DNA of 61,251 nt, the filler included, from Dimargaris cristalligena (Eukaryota), in NCBI GenBank assembly GCA_003614675.1. It is 2 parts of 2 records of this genome, joined end to end, with 100 filler letters (N's around TTAATTAATTAA, not from the genome) between each part and the next. Parts side by side here need not be neighbours in the genome. Positions count along the whole stretch, not along the records: positions 1 to 30,576 come from ML002454.1; 1 more part is not named here. One strand, given 5' to 3'. The stretch's first letter is position 1. Every line of letters starts with the position of its first letter. The notes below the pieces were generated by a model. That model did no database searches. It saw only the letters and a program-made list of their open reading frames with translations, and had not been told where the DNA came from. The position numbers and the translations under genes were made by a program. This document shows, in pieces, positions 1 to 12,656 of this stretch.

Positions 1-192
1 TACTTCCGATAAGTGCGAAAAATAGATAAAAAATAAAAGTAGGTAAAAAATGTGGTAAGTTCACCACAGTTGGGATAGATAATTACTACATCTAGATTAG
101 GTTAGATTAGGAGGGCTGATAGTTCATCAGAAACAGGGGAGAATTATAGACCACCTAAGGGCAACCCTGCTACAGTACCATTCAATACATCA

Positions 193-435
193 ATATGGGT
201 GAAGTTCAGCTTAGTTGTATAAGTTTTTAACTGATATGTGTATGGGAAAATCAGCAGGATGCTAATTTTCAGCCAGTAGTATTTGTCTTATCAAATGGAA
301 GAAATTTAAACCAGCTGTATAAGGTTTTTGCATAATATGTGTGTGGATGAATATGTGAGAATATCTTTTAACCAGTAGTATTGACCTCATCTAATGGATT
401 TTTCATTATACAGCCTGAATGAACTTCTCCCACAT
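193..435 (+). repeat. Two fused partial copies of a 144-bp terminal-inverted-repeat (MITE-like) element
   Basis: Starts ATATGGGTGAAGTTCA and ends TGAACTTCTCCCACAT. The first part aligns with the reverse complement of 10639-10782 and the second part with 1429-1572. Confidence 0.75.
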
Positions 436-1428
436 GGTTACCAGGGCCCTGGCTGCTGGGGGTATATGACTGGTAACTATGAAGCAGGCCATAGGGGTTA
501 TAGTAGTGGAAGCCAAGACTCAGCCTACAGTAGTAATAACCCACCTATATCTTACTGATGTGTTTAGTTAAATAAGTCGGTATATCTAATACTTATAACA
601 ATGCTTTAAAGTCCTAACTCACCAGTGCTTGGCTCAGTGATGTAGCAGTGATAACCTGGCGTCTTGACTTTAACACGGGGCTCCCTTCCTTGATGGCCTT
701 TAAGTGGCCGCCCATTTATCGAATTTTTACAGCCACAACCTATCCAAATACCACTCATTTTTGAAATACAGGACCTAGTCTGCGGTTTGCTTCCCCCCCC
801 CCCTCTCTCTCTCTCAGACATATTGTATCAAGCATTGTGCCCAGTTATCTATCACATAATTCGGTGGTGTATTCAATAGCCGCCCATATCTTGAGCATTC
901 TCTTTAAATTCCGAATCACGCAGTGTATTATCCATATATCATATTTATTGTCGAATAGGGATAGCATGTGGCTGGGTGTAGTGTGTAAATCTTTCTATCA
1001 TAAGAATGATTTAATCAAATATTTGGGCCGGTTAAGTTGCATTATACTGTGTTGGATATAGGCCCCCAGGGCTGAATAATCACCATGTATTTGGCCATTT
1101 GGGAAGCGGCAAGTCAGTTAGTAGTCAACAATATTGCTTAAAAGCTGCACATCACTCCCTAGAGCATATTTTCTTGTACCATATTAGGTGTAACTGATCG
1201 GGGTCTAAGATTATATTGTATTGCCAATCCCTCAACCTCCTCCTTCCTCGATTAGCAGGTCCGTGGCCGAAAATACATCCAATTGTTATTACAGTTCATA
1301 AATCAATCAAATCCTTACGGTTTTAATCTAACATTTTTCTACACTGATTACACGGCTTACTATAATAAGTGGGTTTGTCAAGGCTGAAAATCAAACCCTG
1401 TCCTATTGGAATATAGTGCATAGTAGGC

Positions 1429-1720
1429 ATATGGGTGAAATTCAAACCAGCTGTTTAAAGTTTTACATAATACATGTATGGTTGAATATATGTGAGAATG
1501 GCTTTTAACCAGTAATATTGGCTTCATCCAATGGATTTTTCATTATACCGCCTGAATGAACTTCTCCCATATGGACAAAATTCGGCCCAGCTGTAAAAGG
1601 GTTTAAATGGTACGTGTACGGAAAAATAGGCGGGAGATTCACTTATAGCCAGTGGTATATTAGCTATCGACATTGAATTTAAGGGATGTCACCACCCAAT
1701 ACCGTTCATCGCGAACATGT
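1429..1720 (+). repeat. 144-bp MITE-like element (1429-1572) followed by a diverged tandem copy
   Basis: ATATGGGTGAAATTCA...TGAACTTCTCCCATAT, with the shared core TTAACCAGTARTATT. The second unit starts at the shared CATATG. Confidence 0.75.
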
Positions 1721-2034
1721 AGTTAATGCGGGCCACTGGTGGTATCCACGTGCATAGCAACCAGTAGTAGTACTTGGCAGTGGGCCTTGATAATAGTTCG
1801 GCAGAGTAAGACTGAATCAACCGACACATTTCACTGGCAAGGCTCTGTGCATCGCTTGCTATTGATGTTGGGGAGATAGGTCAAGTGCGGCCAAAAGCCC
1901 CCTTAATCAGACACTAAAGGCCAGTGAGTCACACCATTTTGAAAAACTAGCATCTCTGAACCGGGCTACCTATATTCCCTTCCCATTTTGTTACCAGCCT
2001 TCTCTACTGCTCTTTATTACCTCCATTGGCCACC

Positions 2035-3597
2035 ATGGTTCTCCAGCAGAAAGTCCTCATTTCCCTTAGTGGGCCCCATGGCACCGATATCATCGGCAGC
2101 CTACTCCAGTGCGTGGCCCGTTATCGCTGTCCCATCGAGGACTTCATGTTTTCCCGCCTATACCATCAGGTCACCTTCGGGGTGCTGGTGACATTGGTTC
2201 CCGAGGACCTGGCCTTGTACGACGAGCTGGTGATCGCGGCTCAGGAATGGGAAGCATCCCTCGGGTTTGAAATATTCAACGACGGGAGTTCCTCGAATGA
2301 GGCGGATAACTCCCTGGTTCATACGATTCGGAACCTGCGTCAGTACTTTGTCCCGCAGCCTATCACTAGCGCCATTACGACAAAGGACGAGGGGGACGCC
2401 CCTGAGGCTGCCCCACTGTCCCGCAAGCCCGAGGCCAACGCGGCTAACCCCGTGGCTGTGACCCGCTGGATTCAGGAGGCCCCTTACGCCGACCGCGCGA
2501 AGTACACCGCTACCGTGTTTAATCAAGCCGGTTTGGACACGGCCTTCCTTAACCAGTGGATTCGGTTTCTACTGGATCACCGTATCTCGGTGGAGAAAAT
2601 GATCCGACTCGACCGGGAGCCCGTCTGTGCCGCTATTGATTTCGTACTTAGCGTGCCCCGGGACCAAGATATCAATATGATTCGGCACCGACTCATGGAT
2701 CTGAGTAGCATCTTCAGCACCGACGTGGCCCTGCAGCCCTACAATATCTTCCGTCGCAACAAACGGCTAGTAGTATTCGACATGGACTCTACTTTAATCC
2801 AGCAGGAAGTCATCGATGAGCTGGGCCGGGAGGCCGGGATCACTGACCAAATCGCCCATATCACCGAGCGTGCCATGAACGGCGAAATCGATTTTAAGGA
2901 ATCGCTCCGTCAGCGCGTTCAACTTTTGACGAATGCCCCCGTCTCGATCATCCCGGTCGTTCAGCATAAACTCGTTTTCACCGAAGGGGCCCGCCTCCTC
3001 TGCCGCGCTCTGAAACGCCTGGGCTTTAAACTGGCTGTTATTTCCGGTGGGTTCACTCCCTTTGCCCGCTATGTCAAGCAGGAGCTCAATCTGGATTATG
3101 CCTTCGCCAACCACCTTGAAGTTTCCTCCGATGGACAGACCCTGACCGGTGAAACAACCGGTCCTGTGGTTGATGCTGAACGGAAGGCGGAATTGCTCGA
3201 GGTGATTGCCCAGGCCGAGTCAGTCAGCCTAGAACAGGTTGTGGCCGTTGGTGACGGGGCCAATGACTTGCTTATGCTCGAAAAGGCTGGTCTTGGTATC
3301 GCATTTAATGCCAAACCTAAAGTGCAGGAACAGGTAAGTTGGCAGGCTTTACGCCAAAATATCTCCCATGTATTCCCATTTACCTAACATGATTGTTTTA
3401 ATTATACAGCCGTATTTTTAGAATACACATTCATCTATACTGACTCTAACGATCAGGATCTGCATTTTCCCCCCGATGTTTATTCGAATCTTTTCCAGGC
3501 GGCTGCCCGGATCAACCAGAAGAGTCTCAAATACGTATTGTACCTCCTGGGCTACAACGAGGAGGAGTGCCTGCAACTTCTAGACGGCGCTTATTAG
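2035..3597 (+). CDS. SER2: Phosphoserine phosphatase (SerB/HAD) with N-terminal ACT-like regulatory domains; exons 2035-3333, 3499-3597
   Basis: GCCACCATGG start. HAD motifs DMDSTLIQQEVIDEL, ISGGF and VAVGDGANDL. A GTAAGT..CCAG intron restores the C-terminus AAARINQKSLKYVLYLLGY. Confidence 0.93.
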
Positions 3598-4243
3598 TTT
3601 ATTCTGATGTTGTAAATACCTCCGGCTGGGAAGTGCTGATCTATAGCTCAATCCGATAAAGCGAATTGAATATGACCAAGTATTCGAGCGGAAACCGTTC
3701 CTCATAGGCGGATGAGCTCCATTGCTTAACAATAAATTCATTTATATATCCCGAAATTGATACTTGGATGAATGGTAGTCGGAACTGGCAAGTTATGCAA
3801 AATGTGCACCATATAGTAGGTTTAATGGGGGCTTATACCACAGTTTAGTTTATAGGGGCAATCCATTGTACCTCTTAGAATAGTGGTTGACTGTAATACA
3901 AAGTAATTTTTATAGTATGCAGGTGGCCTGATGGGCGGCTTCAGGTCACGTTACCATTTCTAACCCTGTCGAACCATTTTTTTTTATATAACGCTCTTTC
4001 CTTTTGATTGCTAATTTGACAATTCTCAAGCAGTTTTTGGAGACCACGTTTCGGGCAAGGGTTAGGTTTCTAAGTAGCCGAGTCAGTGAATTTCGATGGA
4101 CCAGCGAAAGTGTACGCTTTACTAACCCAGTGCCGCGAATTCTCATTCATTGACTAAGCCGAGACACATTCTCTCGCCTGTTTATTCGTCTTACTTTTTA
4201 GCATTTCCCAATTCAACCAACTGGACCTTCCCACTTTGGCAAT

Positions 4244-7221
4244 ATGGCGGACTCCGACTACTACGACTACTCTGAAGACGATTACCCCGACAAGGGGGCA
4301 AAAACGGACCAACTCAGCAAATTTGCCAGCCGTATTCATTTAGGTATGCCATATACACCCTCAATTACCTCAGACACCCGTGTCTGTTGGAATTGCACTC
4401 TAGCTTCTGGTTAAGCTGGGGCAACTCGGACTCTGTCAGCTGTTGTTAATGAGCTTAAGTCAAAGGGTGCCCTTGACTACTACTAATTAACCGACTTTAG
4501 GGTGTTTGTATATCACACACCCGAATACCAGTGAAGCATATTGTACACTTGGCTAATGGCCCATTCTCTATTTATATTTCTACCTACCAGGCGATGCCGA
4601 TTACTCTGATGTTATGTCCAAAAAGGTTGTTGGTGGAGGCAAAACCCTCACCGACAAGGCCGATCGTGCCACATCGGAGCAGGTGCTCGATCCGCGAACC
4701 CGTATCATTCTCTTCAAAATGCTGAATCGGAACTTTATCCAAGAGATTAACGGGTGTATTAGTACCGGTAAGGAGGTAAGTCGGAATTTTGCCCATATAC
4801 CACCAGCCTGCTAATTTATGGAATCCAGTAACGCGTTTGGCTGTCGTATTCGAGAATCACTCAACCCAGTTCAAACTTATTAATTGATCGGTATTTTTTT
4901 ACTGAAATTATTCCCAACTAGGCCAATGTTTACCACGCAACCACCGACGCCGGAGAGCATTATGCCATCAAGGTATACAAAACTTCTATTCTGACTTTCA
5001 AAGACCGGGATCGCTATGTGACGGGTGAATATCGTTTCCGGCACGGTTACAGTAAGCACAATCCACGCAAGATGGTCAAGGTTTGGGCCGAAAAAGAAAT
5101 GCGCAATTTAAAACGACTTCACGCGGCCGGTATCGCCTGCCCCGACGCTCTTCTGCTTCGTATGCACGTTTTGGTCATGACGTTTCTGGGGGACAGTAAT
5201 GGATGGTAGGCACTATTTATTCATATTCTTTATTTTAGTGGTATTCATGTGTATATACGGTATAATGACTCTGATTTACAACATCGCAATTTGATTAGGG
5301 TTGGGATATTTGCTTAAGAAAATACTAAGATGACTAACCAGGGCTGTTTGATTTATTGTTCTAATGTCGGTTATTCTTGTGTAGGGCATACCCACGCCTC
5401 AAGGACGCCGAAATCGAGGCGAAGCGTTATCCCAACCTCTACCACCAGCTGGTCAAGATCATGCGTATTATGTTCCAGGTGTGTCGCCTAGTTCACGCAG
5501 ACTTGAGCGAATACAACATTTTGTAAGTCCAAATTATTTAATATTGATATGCTGCGACGTAGTCATGGCTAGTCTTGAAGTGTAACCGCTCACGCTGGCC
5601 GTCTGGTCGGGGGTTTTTCTAACATATACCTATAAAATACATGGATCTGTGCCGTTGTTGAATAACTGCCCAAGCTAACCCACGTGTGACTCTCATCCCG
5701 CCCACTATTAAACCCGTATTAGATACCACGCCAAAACTTTATACATCATCGATGTCTCCCAGTCTGTTGAACACGACCATCCCCACGCATTCGACTTCTT
5801 GCGTATGGACTGTACTAATGTTAATGACTACTTTAAGCGTAAAGGAGTTCAGGTTATGGGTCTCTTGGATATGTTCCGGTTTGTCACTTCGGTTGAGTTT
5901 GACACGGCCGATGAGACTATGGATGCGGAGCTAGAAAAGGTAAGCAATATGGGTTGCTACTACAGTCTACCGAATACCCCATCTAATTATATATTTTAGG
6001 GATAATTTCATGTCCATCCTCGTTGACCTAAATTTACACCTGCGGTTACTGATCCCTTGAATAATTGTATCTTGGAATATACCCATTTCTATCCACGGTA
6101 GATTCAAACCCGAATCAATGAACCAGACCCCAACCCAGTGGAACCTGTGCCGTTCCTATCCGAGACCCCCGCTCCCGCAAAGAAGCGCCGTTCCAAGAAA
6201 TCGGCCGTTGAAAAAGAGCCAGTTACCATTGAACTTGGACCCGACGGACTTCCTTTAAATGCAGCGCCCGTCAAAACTAAAAAGAAGAAGTCCAGCAAAT
6301 CCAAGAAAATTGTGTACACCACCACTTTCTCACAGGAGGACCGGCGCTTGGTGGATGAAGAAGTGTTCAAGCACGCGTTTTTACCCCGAACCTTGAACGA
6401 GGTGCCTGATTACGAGAACGATGTCCATAGACTCAACCGTGGCAAAGGTGATGATGTAAGTGAACGGACCATCCTACTTAGATACGATTTGGAATCACTG
6501 TTTCTCTGGCCGAGCCTTTGGGCCATGAAATCCAACTAGAGGGCTTGATACGCCGGGCCTGCTGCATTTTGCACCTTCACTACTAATAGCTTTGCTGAAT
6601 TAACCCGGACTTGGTGTATTATCACCCTTTTGTTTCCTTACCCCAATATCTCCTACCGTTCAGCTGTTGTACCGAAACTTTATCGGTCTAAGCCTCACCG
6701 AATCCAATGATCGGCGATTGGTTGGCACCAAAGGGACCACGTCTGGGGTACTACCAGATCTCGGTAGCCAGGGGAACGTCGAGCAGGCTGCTGATGATGA
6801 TCTTGATGGCAATGACGAGGACGAGGCCCAGTCCAATGACGAAGCCGAGGCATCTGGTTCTGACGAAGATGACTATTCGGACCGGGAATCTGGCGCGGCA
6901 CGACTAAAGAAGAATGAAGACAAAGACTCGAAAAAGGTAAGCTGTGTTCAGTGACCTATAACCTAAGGGGATGTCTATTGGTCGAGTTGTAGCGTCTACC
7001 ACCTGGTCGGGCTTTGTTATAATGCACTTGCTACCAAATGGTTTGTACTAAAATATCGATTTCGTATTGAACTGGCTTATATAATGACAATCCCATGTTC
7101 CTAGGAGCGGAAGAAGCAGGCTAAAGAATCGGCACGCGAAAAGCGCAAGGTCAAGATGCCCAAGGCGGTCAAGAAGCGGAAGGAAAGAGCCACATCAGGC
7201 AAACTGAAGTCGAGGAAGTAA
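4244..7221 (+). CDS. RIO1: RIO1 atypical kinase; exons 4244-4343, 4591-4775, 4922-5205, 5385-5522, 5723-5939, 6102-6455, 6664-6936, 7105-7221
   Basis: Motifs [60 protein letters not shown] and [13 protein letters not shown], plus a basic C-terminal tail. All introns are GT-AG and phase-consistent. Confidence 0.96.
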
Positions 7222-7733
7222 TTCAACGCGTGGTCTACAGTTATCGGCGCTATCACTATCGCCTAGTTACTTTCCCCGCCCTTTATTTACATGTTCAATC
7301 CAGACATTATTGATAAACCTATTTAAAAGCATCCACTACCCATACGCTCCTCGACAGTAGAAATTTTATTATAATTATATATTTTTTAATAGTACAAGTT
7401 GTTTATGGTGGATTTCCACTACAGGCTGATAGCTTGATTAATGGGGGAAATGGCTACCGAACCCCTCAGTTCGCTAAATAAGCGCTTAAACTAAAACGGC
7501 TCCCACTAGTTTATAGACTACTGAAAAGGATGTCAGAATTGTAACACCTGGTCCCCTCACCCATTTGCTGTTCAGCATTCTCTCATACTTTATCGGAGCC
7601 CGTTTCTGCCTTTCCTCCTCCTCCCCTGGATTCCGGCTGTGACTTTTGAGCTCATCTTTAAGCTACCCCATTTTACTACCTGTCTACTTTATTATCTGAG
7701 TTTGAACTACCTACTGTCTATTATATTCCTACC

Positions 7734-9822
7734 ATGAGCTCCGAACCCGTAGCCGAGGGGCCATCATCTCTCCAATCTATCAATAGCGTTATTAGCGGCT
7801 CGCTGGGCCTGCCCGCTCTGGGCATGGGGAACGACCCTGAGCAGCTGGAGCAACTCGGACCGGTCATTCGCTCTGTATACCGAACTGGTAAGCAGGACCA
7901 GTTTAAGTCACAGCTACGTTCCCTTACCCAACAGAAGGAGGTCGAAATGGAAAAGCTGTGCGGGGCTCATCATCAGGTTAGTAAATGAGCGAGGCATAAA
8001 TGGGGCAGGTCCAAGCCCATTCTGACCTATGCCTAATATACGCATTGGTCCCCAATTACTTTATTATATAGTGCCTGCTCGGTGGGGTTAGGTCTATCCC
8101 GGGGTGGCTTTGGACCTCGCCTGACCACACGGGTCTTCATATTAAAGGTGTAACCACAACCCCCATACAATACACATTACTGACAATTCGATACCCATTT
8201 TGGCCCATATCTTAGGAGTTCACCCATGCCGTTGACGAACTATTGCAAGTCCGCCAGAACACGGTCGACCTCCATAACCAGGTGCAATACCTCAACGGCC
8301 AACTGCAACAGAGTGGACGGGATTTGTATACGAAAAAAGCGGAGCTATTGAATCTGAAACGAGTGCACCGGAATATTCAGATGGCGTCCAAAAGCGTGGA
8401 TTCCTGTCGAGAAGTGGTTAAAATGGCCGATCGGGTGATTGAGGACATCCAAAACCGCGAATTCTACGCCGCTCTGCGAACCCTGCACAAACTGAAGGAG
8501 CTCTATCTACCACCGCTACTCATTTATTCTTTTGCCCGCTACCTGTACGACAGTTTGCCGGCGATTGAGATCCAGCTGCGTGACGCGGTGTTTGCCGATA
8601 TGCGCGAATGGTTTTTCCAGCTACGAACCAAGTCGAGTCAAGTTGGTCGGAATTTGATGGAAAGTATGGCACAGCGCCAGGAAATTTGGGCGTCCCGGCG
8701 GCAGCGCAATAGCGAACACTCCGAATTAAAAATTGATCACGTTAGTACAGCCGTCGAGTTCGTCCTCGATGAGGGAGTATCCCGTAAGTGAACGCCGGTT
8801 TTTAATTACGTAGGCCGACGTCGATATGTTACATTGCTCTGTAGTTTACCCGTAATCGAAATAATCATCAGGCGAGTTCCTGCTCGAATCTGCGTCTATT
8901 TTTATATTCACGTTCGCCCACTCGAAATTTAACGGGCCTTTTCAATTGGACTATTATTCCCCTCCCCTCCCCCTTGATAGCACAAGATCTGTCCGCCCTC
9001 GATTTGCACCCTCTTTACCAATGCCTGCATATCCACGATAAACTCGGACACCGCAGGCAGTTTAAGCAGTCTTTTGAGGAAGACCGACGAGTAAGTTGAT
9101 GCATTCCATTATTTCCTCTACCAACCATTACAATAACCATGTTTCTTTATACGTCTGCTTTACTCGAAAATGGCCCTATCAATTGTTGGTGTGCAAAGCC
9201 ATAGGCGACTGTTCTTACATTCCGAGTCCGCTTAATTAAGGTTGGTGGAGATTATAAGCTCGACAATCCCTATTATTACATGGCTCATTATTTACTTATC
9301 CATACGTATTGACGCTTGAATCGGGGACAAACATTTTGTATACACAGACCCAGGCCAACCAGATGATTACAAGGCGCTTTGATTTCAAACGGGGGTCCCT
9401 CGAAGGTTTCCGAGGCAAACTCCACGATATCATCGGATTCTTCATCATCGAGCACCAAATTCTTACCTCCACACGCGACTTCCGCTCCAAGACCGAAGTG
9501 GATTCCCTGTGGGATTCGGTGATAACGAGTTTCTGCGACACAATCGCCCAGAACGTGCAGGACATTTTCGGCAAACAGAGCATTTTAACTTCCATCAAGG
9601 AATTATTAACTACCTTTACGTATATTCTTGAAGTAAGTCTGGTACCATTCCGTCCCACCGCCTGGGCTTTTCGGTTGCCCGGGGCTAAATATGATCTGTG
9701 ATTTGTATGTAGATCTATTTTTAACTAACACAGGCCTTTACCTTATGCCATTTGATTGACAGGATTATTCGTACGATGTCCGAAAACTCAAAGAATTGAA
9801 TTACGCCATGCTGAGCTTTTAA
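7734..9822 (+). CDS. SEC15: Exocyst subunit Sec15, N-terminal ~420 aa only (apparently truncated); exons 7734-7976, 8216-8783, 8981-9090, 9348-9632, 9763-9822
   Basis: Motifs LEQLGPVIRS, EMEKLCGAHHQEFTHAVDELLQVR, FYAALRTL, DLHPLYQCLHIHDKLG and IIGFFIIE..FRSKTEVDSLWD. The frame ends at TAA 9820-9822 and no continuation is recognisable. Confidence 0.82.
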
Positions 9823-10638
9823 ATTCGCTGTAAGAATGCACTACGGTAGCAATATAGCGATTGATACTTCACCTCTTAACTTAGACTACACGGAGTCATC
9901 TTTATCAGCGTCCTTTTAATCACTGGGTTTCTTAATGGGATGCAGTTTAGGTAGAGTATCGGATTATATATATATTGAGAACAATGGTATACCTAGGTTA
10001 CATATAGAAAAATCCATTACTCTCTGCACAATTTTCTAAGAGTGCCTAATAGTTAAAGTGAATAAAGTTGGCACCTTTTTAGGCTGTAACTGACGAACTG
10101 GCCGAGTTTGACGAATGAGTCGCGAAAAATAGATGGCCTAAGGGTACGTGTTCCCTTTAAAACATGCACATTCGATATCTACACTTTGTACTTCATATTA
10201 GTAGATTTCAGCCCAATCGTATAAGGTTTGAAATGATATGAGTATGGGGTAATAGGTATTGTGCCAGTGATTTGAGGTACCTCCATCCCAAGATCAGAGC
10301 TGGGGTTGGATGTCCCACTCCCTTCTGGACTGGAAGGTTCACCGGACGTCAGTTTCGAGGGGCCAGTGCCTAGATGTAACATGGAGAACTCGGGAAATGG
10401 TCCTTCGGCTAGTCGGATCAGCTCAGAGCTGTTGTCGGAGGTCGAACTGGGGTACAGTGCAAAATGTTCCACACGAAATGATCCTAAACTCCCGTCATCA
10501 GAGTTGGGTACTGGAGGAGCCACAGTGGCTATGTGTTGAAAATAAGATTTTAATAAAAATTAAGAAAAACGAAAAATTAACTTCCGGTTGAAGTCCTCGG
10601 CTGATGCTGGGTAAAACGCTGGGTGAAGTTAAAAATAG

Positions 10639-10782
10639 ATATGGGAGTAATTCAACAAGGCTGTATAACAAAAAATCGATTTGATGAGGCAAATACTACT
10701 GGTTGAAAATAAATATCCCACCGATTTCCCCATACACATAACAGTTAAAACCCTATACAATCGAGCTGAACTTCACCCATAT
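10639..10782 (-). repeat. 144-bp MITE-like element copy in inverted orientation
   Basis: Reverse complement reads ATATGGGTGAAGTTCAGC...GAATTACTCCCATAT, the same length as 1429-1572. Confidence 0.75.
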
Positions 10783-11299
10783 TTATTCCGAATAATAAAA
10801 CCTTATCTCGAAGATAACTTGCCATTTTAAGGGCTGGCTGGGAGACTATAAATAAGAAAATTCGACGATATAGCCTTAAGACTATACTATGATCTTTTGG
10901 ATGTCATCCTCAAACAAACTGACGACTAGAAAACCACGAAGGGGGAAGCTGGTTGGGTCCTTAAGTTTAAACAGTGTACGAGAAGAGAAAGGAAAAAATG
11001 GAAAATGGAAAAACGAGAATGCCTCGGATCCTCCAGGGCATTCATGGAAATAAGATGTAAATAAGGAAAACTTTTACGTCACTCCCTTATTCTAATGTGA
11101 AGGCTTTTCCCACTAACTCGTCTGGAATCATGTAGCTGACAAAAATAGAAGTAGTTAGTAGGTTGGTTGAAAGTGGAAGTAATTAGGCCCTAACACAGAT
11201 CAGCAAAATGGAGGTCTTCCAAGTGCTCGCTCAAAGAGTGTAACTGTGGATATCAAATGCGCAGTCATTATGTGGTGAGGGAATACTACTAGGTTGTCT

Positions 11300-11427
11300 C
11301 ATGGGAAGGGAAATTCGTCTGAACCTATGGCAGTACAATAGGCGGGAGATTGATTTTCAACCAGTAGTATATATATTGTCCTAAGGATTTTTTGGTATAC
11401 TGCCTAGCTTATCCTCTCTCCTATAGG
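11300..11427 (+). repeat. Degenerate copy of the 144-bp element
   Basis: Contains AATAGGCGGGAGAT..TTTTCAACCAGTAGTAT..GGATTTTT..TATACTGCCT. Confidence 0.55.
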
Positions 11428-12140
11428 AAACTTGTCTGAACTATTGGTCCGCACACCTCACACACAGAAAATGGCCAGACGGGATATCCTTCACTTGGAC
11501 TCGATCTCGGTCGCGATCCTTAAATGATTTGCCAAACCAGTCTGGCAACCCACCAGTCGGCTTATTGGTGAATGCATTTGTTAAAACCACCAGGCAAACT
11601 ATTGCAACCAATTTCAACCACTCGAATTGCTTTGGAGACATCGCTGAACATAGCCTGGGAAATTGTCTCTATTTTCTGTTCCTGGAACTCTTCGCCTTAT
11701 TCATCACCTTTGATAATGTAGAAGGTTGTCTGAACGAGCCCGACCCTGCTTTCGCCATTTGACATTTTCCTGCCTGCGTCTAACTCCCCTCCAGGAATAG
11801 GTAAGATACCGGAAGTATCTGACGGTAGAATGACCCTCATTTGTCTATATAAATTCTCATATTGACCACTACTTGAATTTTAGTTGAGTAGCAGTGCCAT
11901 CAAAACAATACGCCAGTTTCACGTGCCAGGCTTATAAAACCAGTTAATCTTTATTTCAAACAATTCGAAACGGAAAGGCCTGGCGGCCAATTTGACCCTT
12001 TTATCGAAATTTTAAGTTCGTGTTGTAGGAGTATTCCAAGCGGGGAGGTCAATAGTAAAGCATATGTGGGCGCGGGCCAGTTCCCGGCTACTCCCTTGGG
12101 TCAAATCTTCCGGTGAGGGGGATACTGTGACTATCGGGCC

Positions 12141-12656
12141 TTATTTATTCCCAGGATACTTGATACCGACAAACATGGGCTTCGGACTGGGACTGGTGCT
12201 GGGCTTGGTCGTCCTTCTACCTTGCCCTGTGGCGGCAGACCCATTAGCAGGTTGCTTCGAAGGTGGGGAGGTGGCCGAGGGTTTCTTGACGGGAACAGGT
12301 ATCTTTAAAGGAGATGAGATTTTGGGTTCCGCGGCCGGCTTCCTGCTGGGAATGGGGAACTTTGAAGGCGGTGGGGCCTTAGTTGCAGATACCTGACGCT
12401 TCTGAAGCTGTTGGTTAGCCTTTCCCGTTGGTTGTTGGATGGGCGTATTACTGGGGCCGGTTGAGGGCGATCCACTTGTCTGCTCGTTCTGCGGGGTCCG
12501 GCGAACTAATTGATGGATAGTGACATGCAATTGGTTAAAACAGCGGACAAGAGGGTAGGTAGGAGAGTTGGTGGTAACAATAGGGATGCTGGTTGCGATG
12601 ACCTGGGCGTAGACAGAGATGGTCACTAAAGCAAGCAAAGAAGTAGTAAATTTCAT
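12141..12656 (-). CDS. Secreted Pro/Ser/Thr/Lys-rich protein of unknown function (171 aa)
   Basis: CGCCACCATG start with TATAAATA about 210 nt upstream. Signal peptide MKFTTSLLALVTISVYA and a dibasic LQKR site. Confidence 0.65.
   Translation of the reverse strand: MKFTTSLLALVTISVYAQVIATSIPIVTTNSPTYPLVRCFNQLHVTIHQLVRRTPQNEQTSGSPSTGPSNTPIQQPTGKANQQLQKRQVSATKAPPPSKFPIPSRKPAAEPKISSPLKIPVPVKKPSATSPPSKQPANGSAATGQGRRTTKPSTSPSPKPMFVGIKYPGNK

Noticed and set aside
10179-10523. 114-aa S/P/G-rich minus-strand ORF
   Set aside because: Non-ATG start, no recognisable motif or splice partner, and not the missing SEC15 part (wrong strand).
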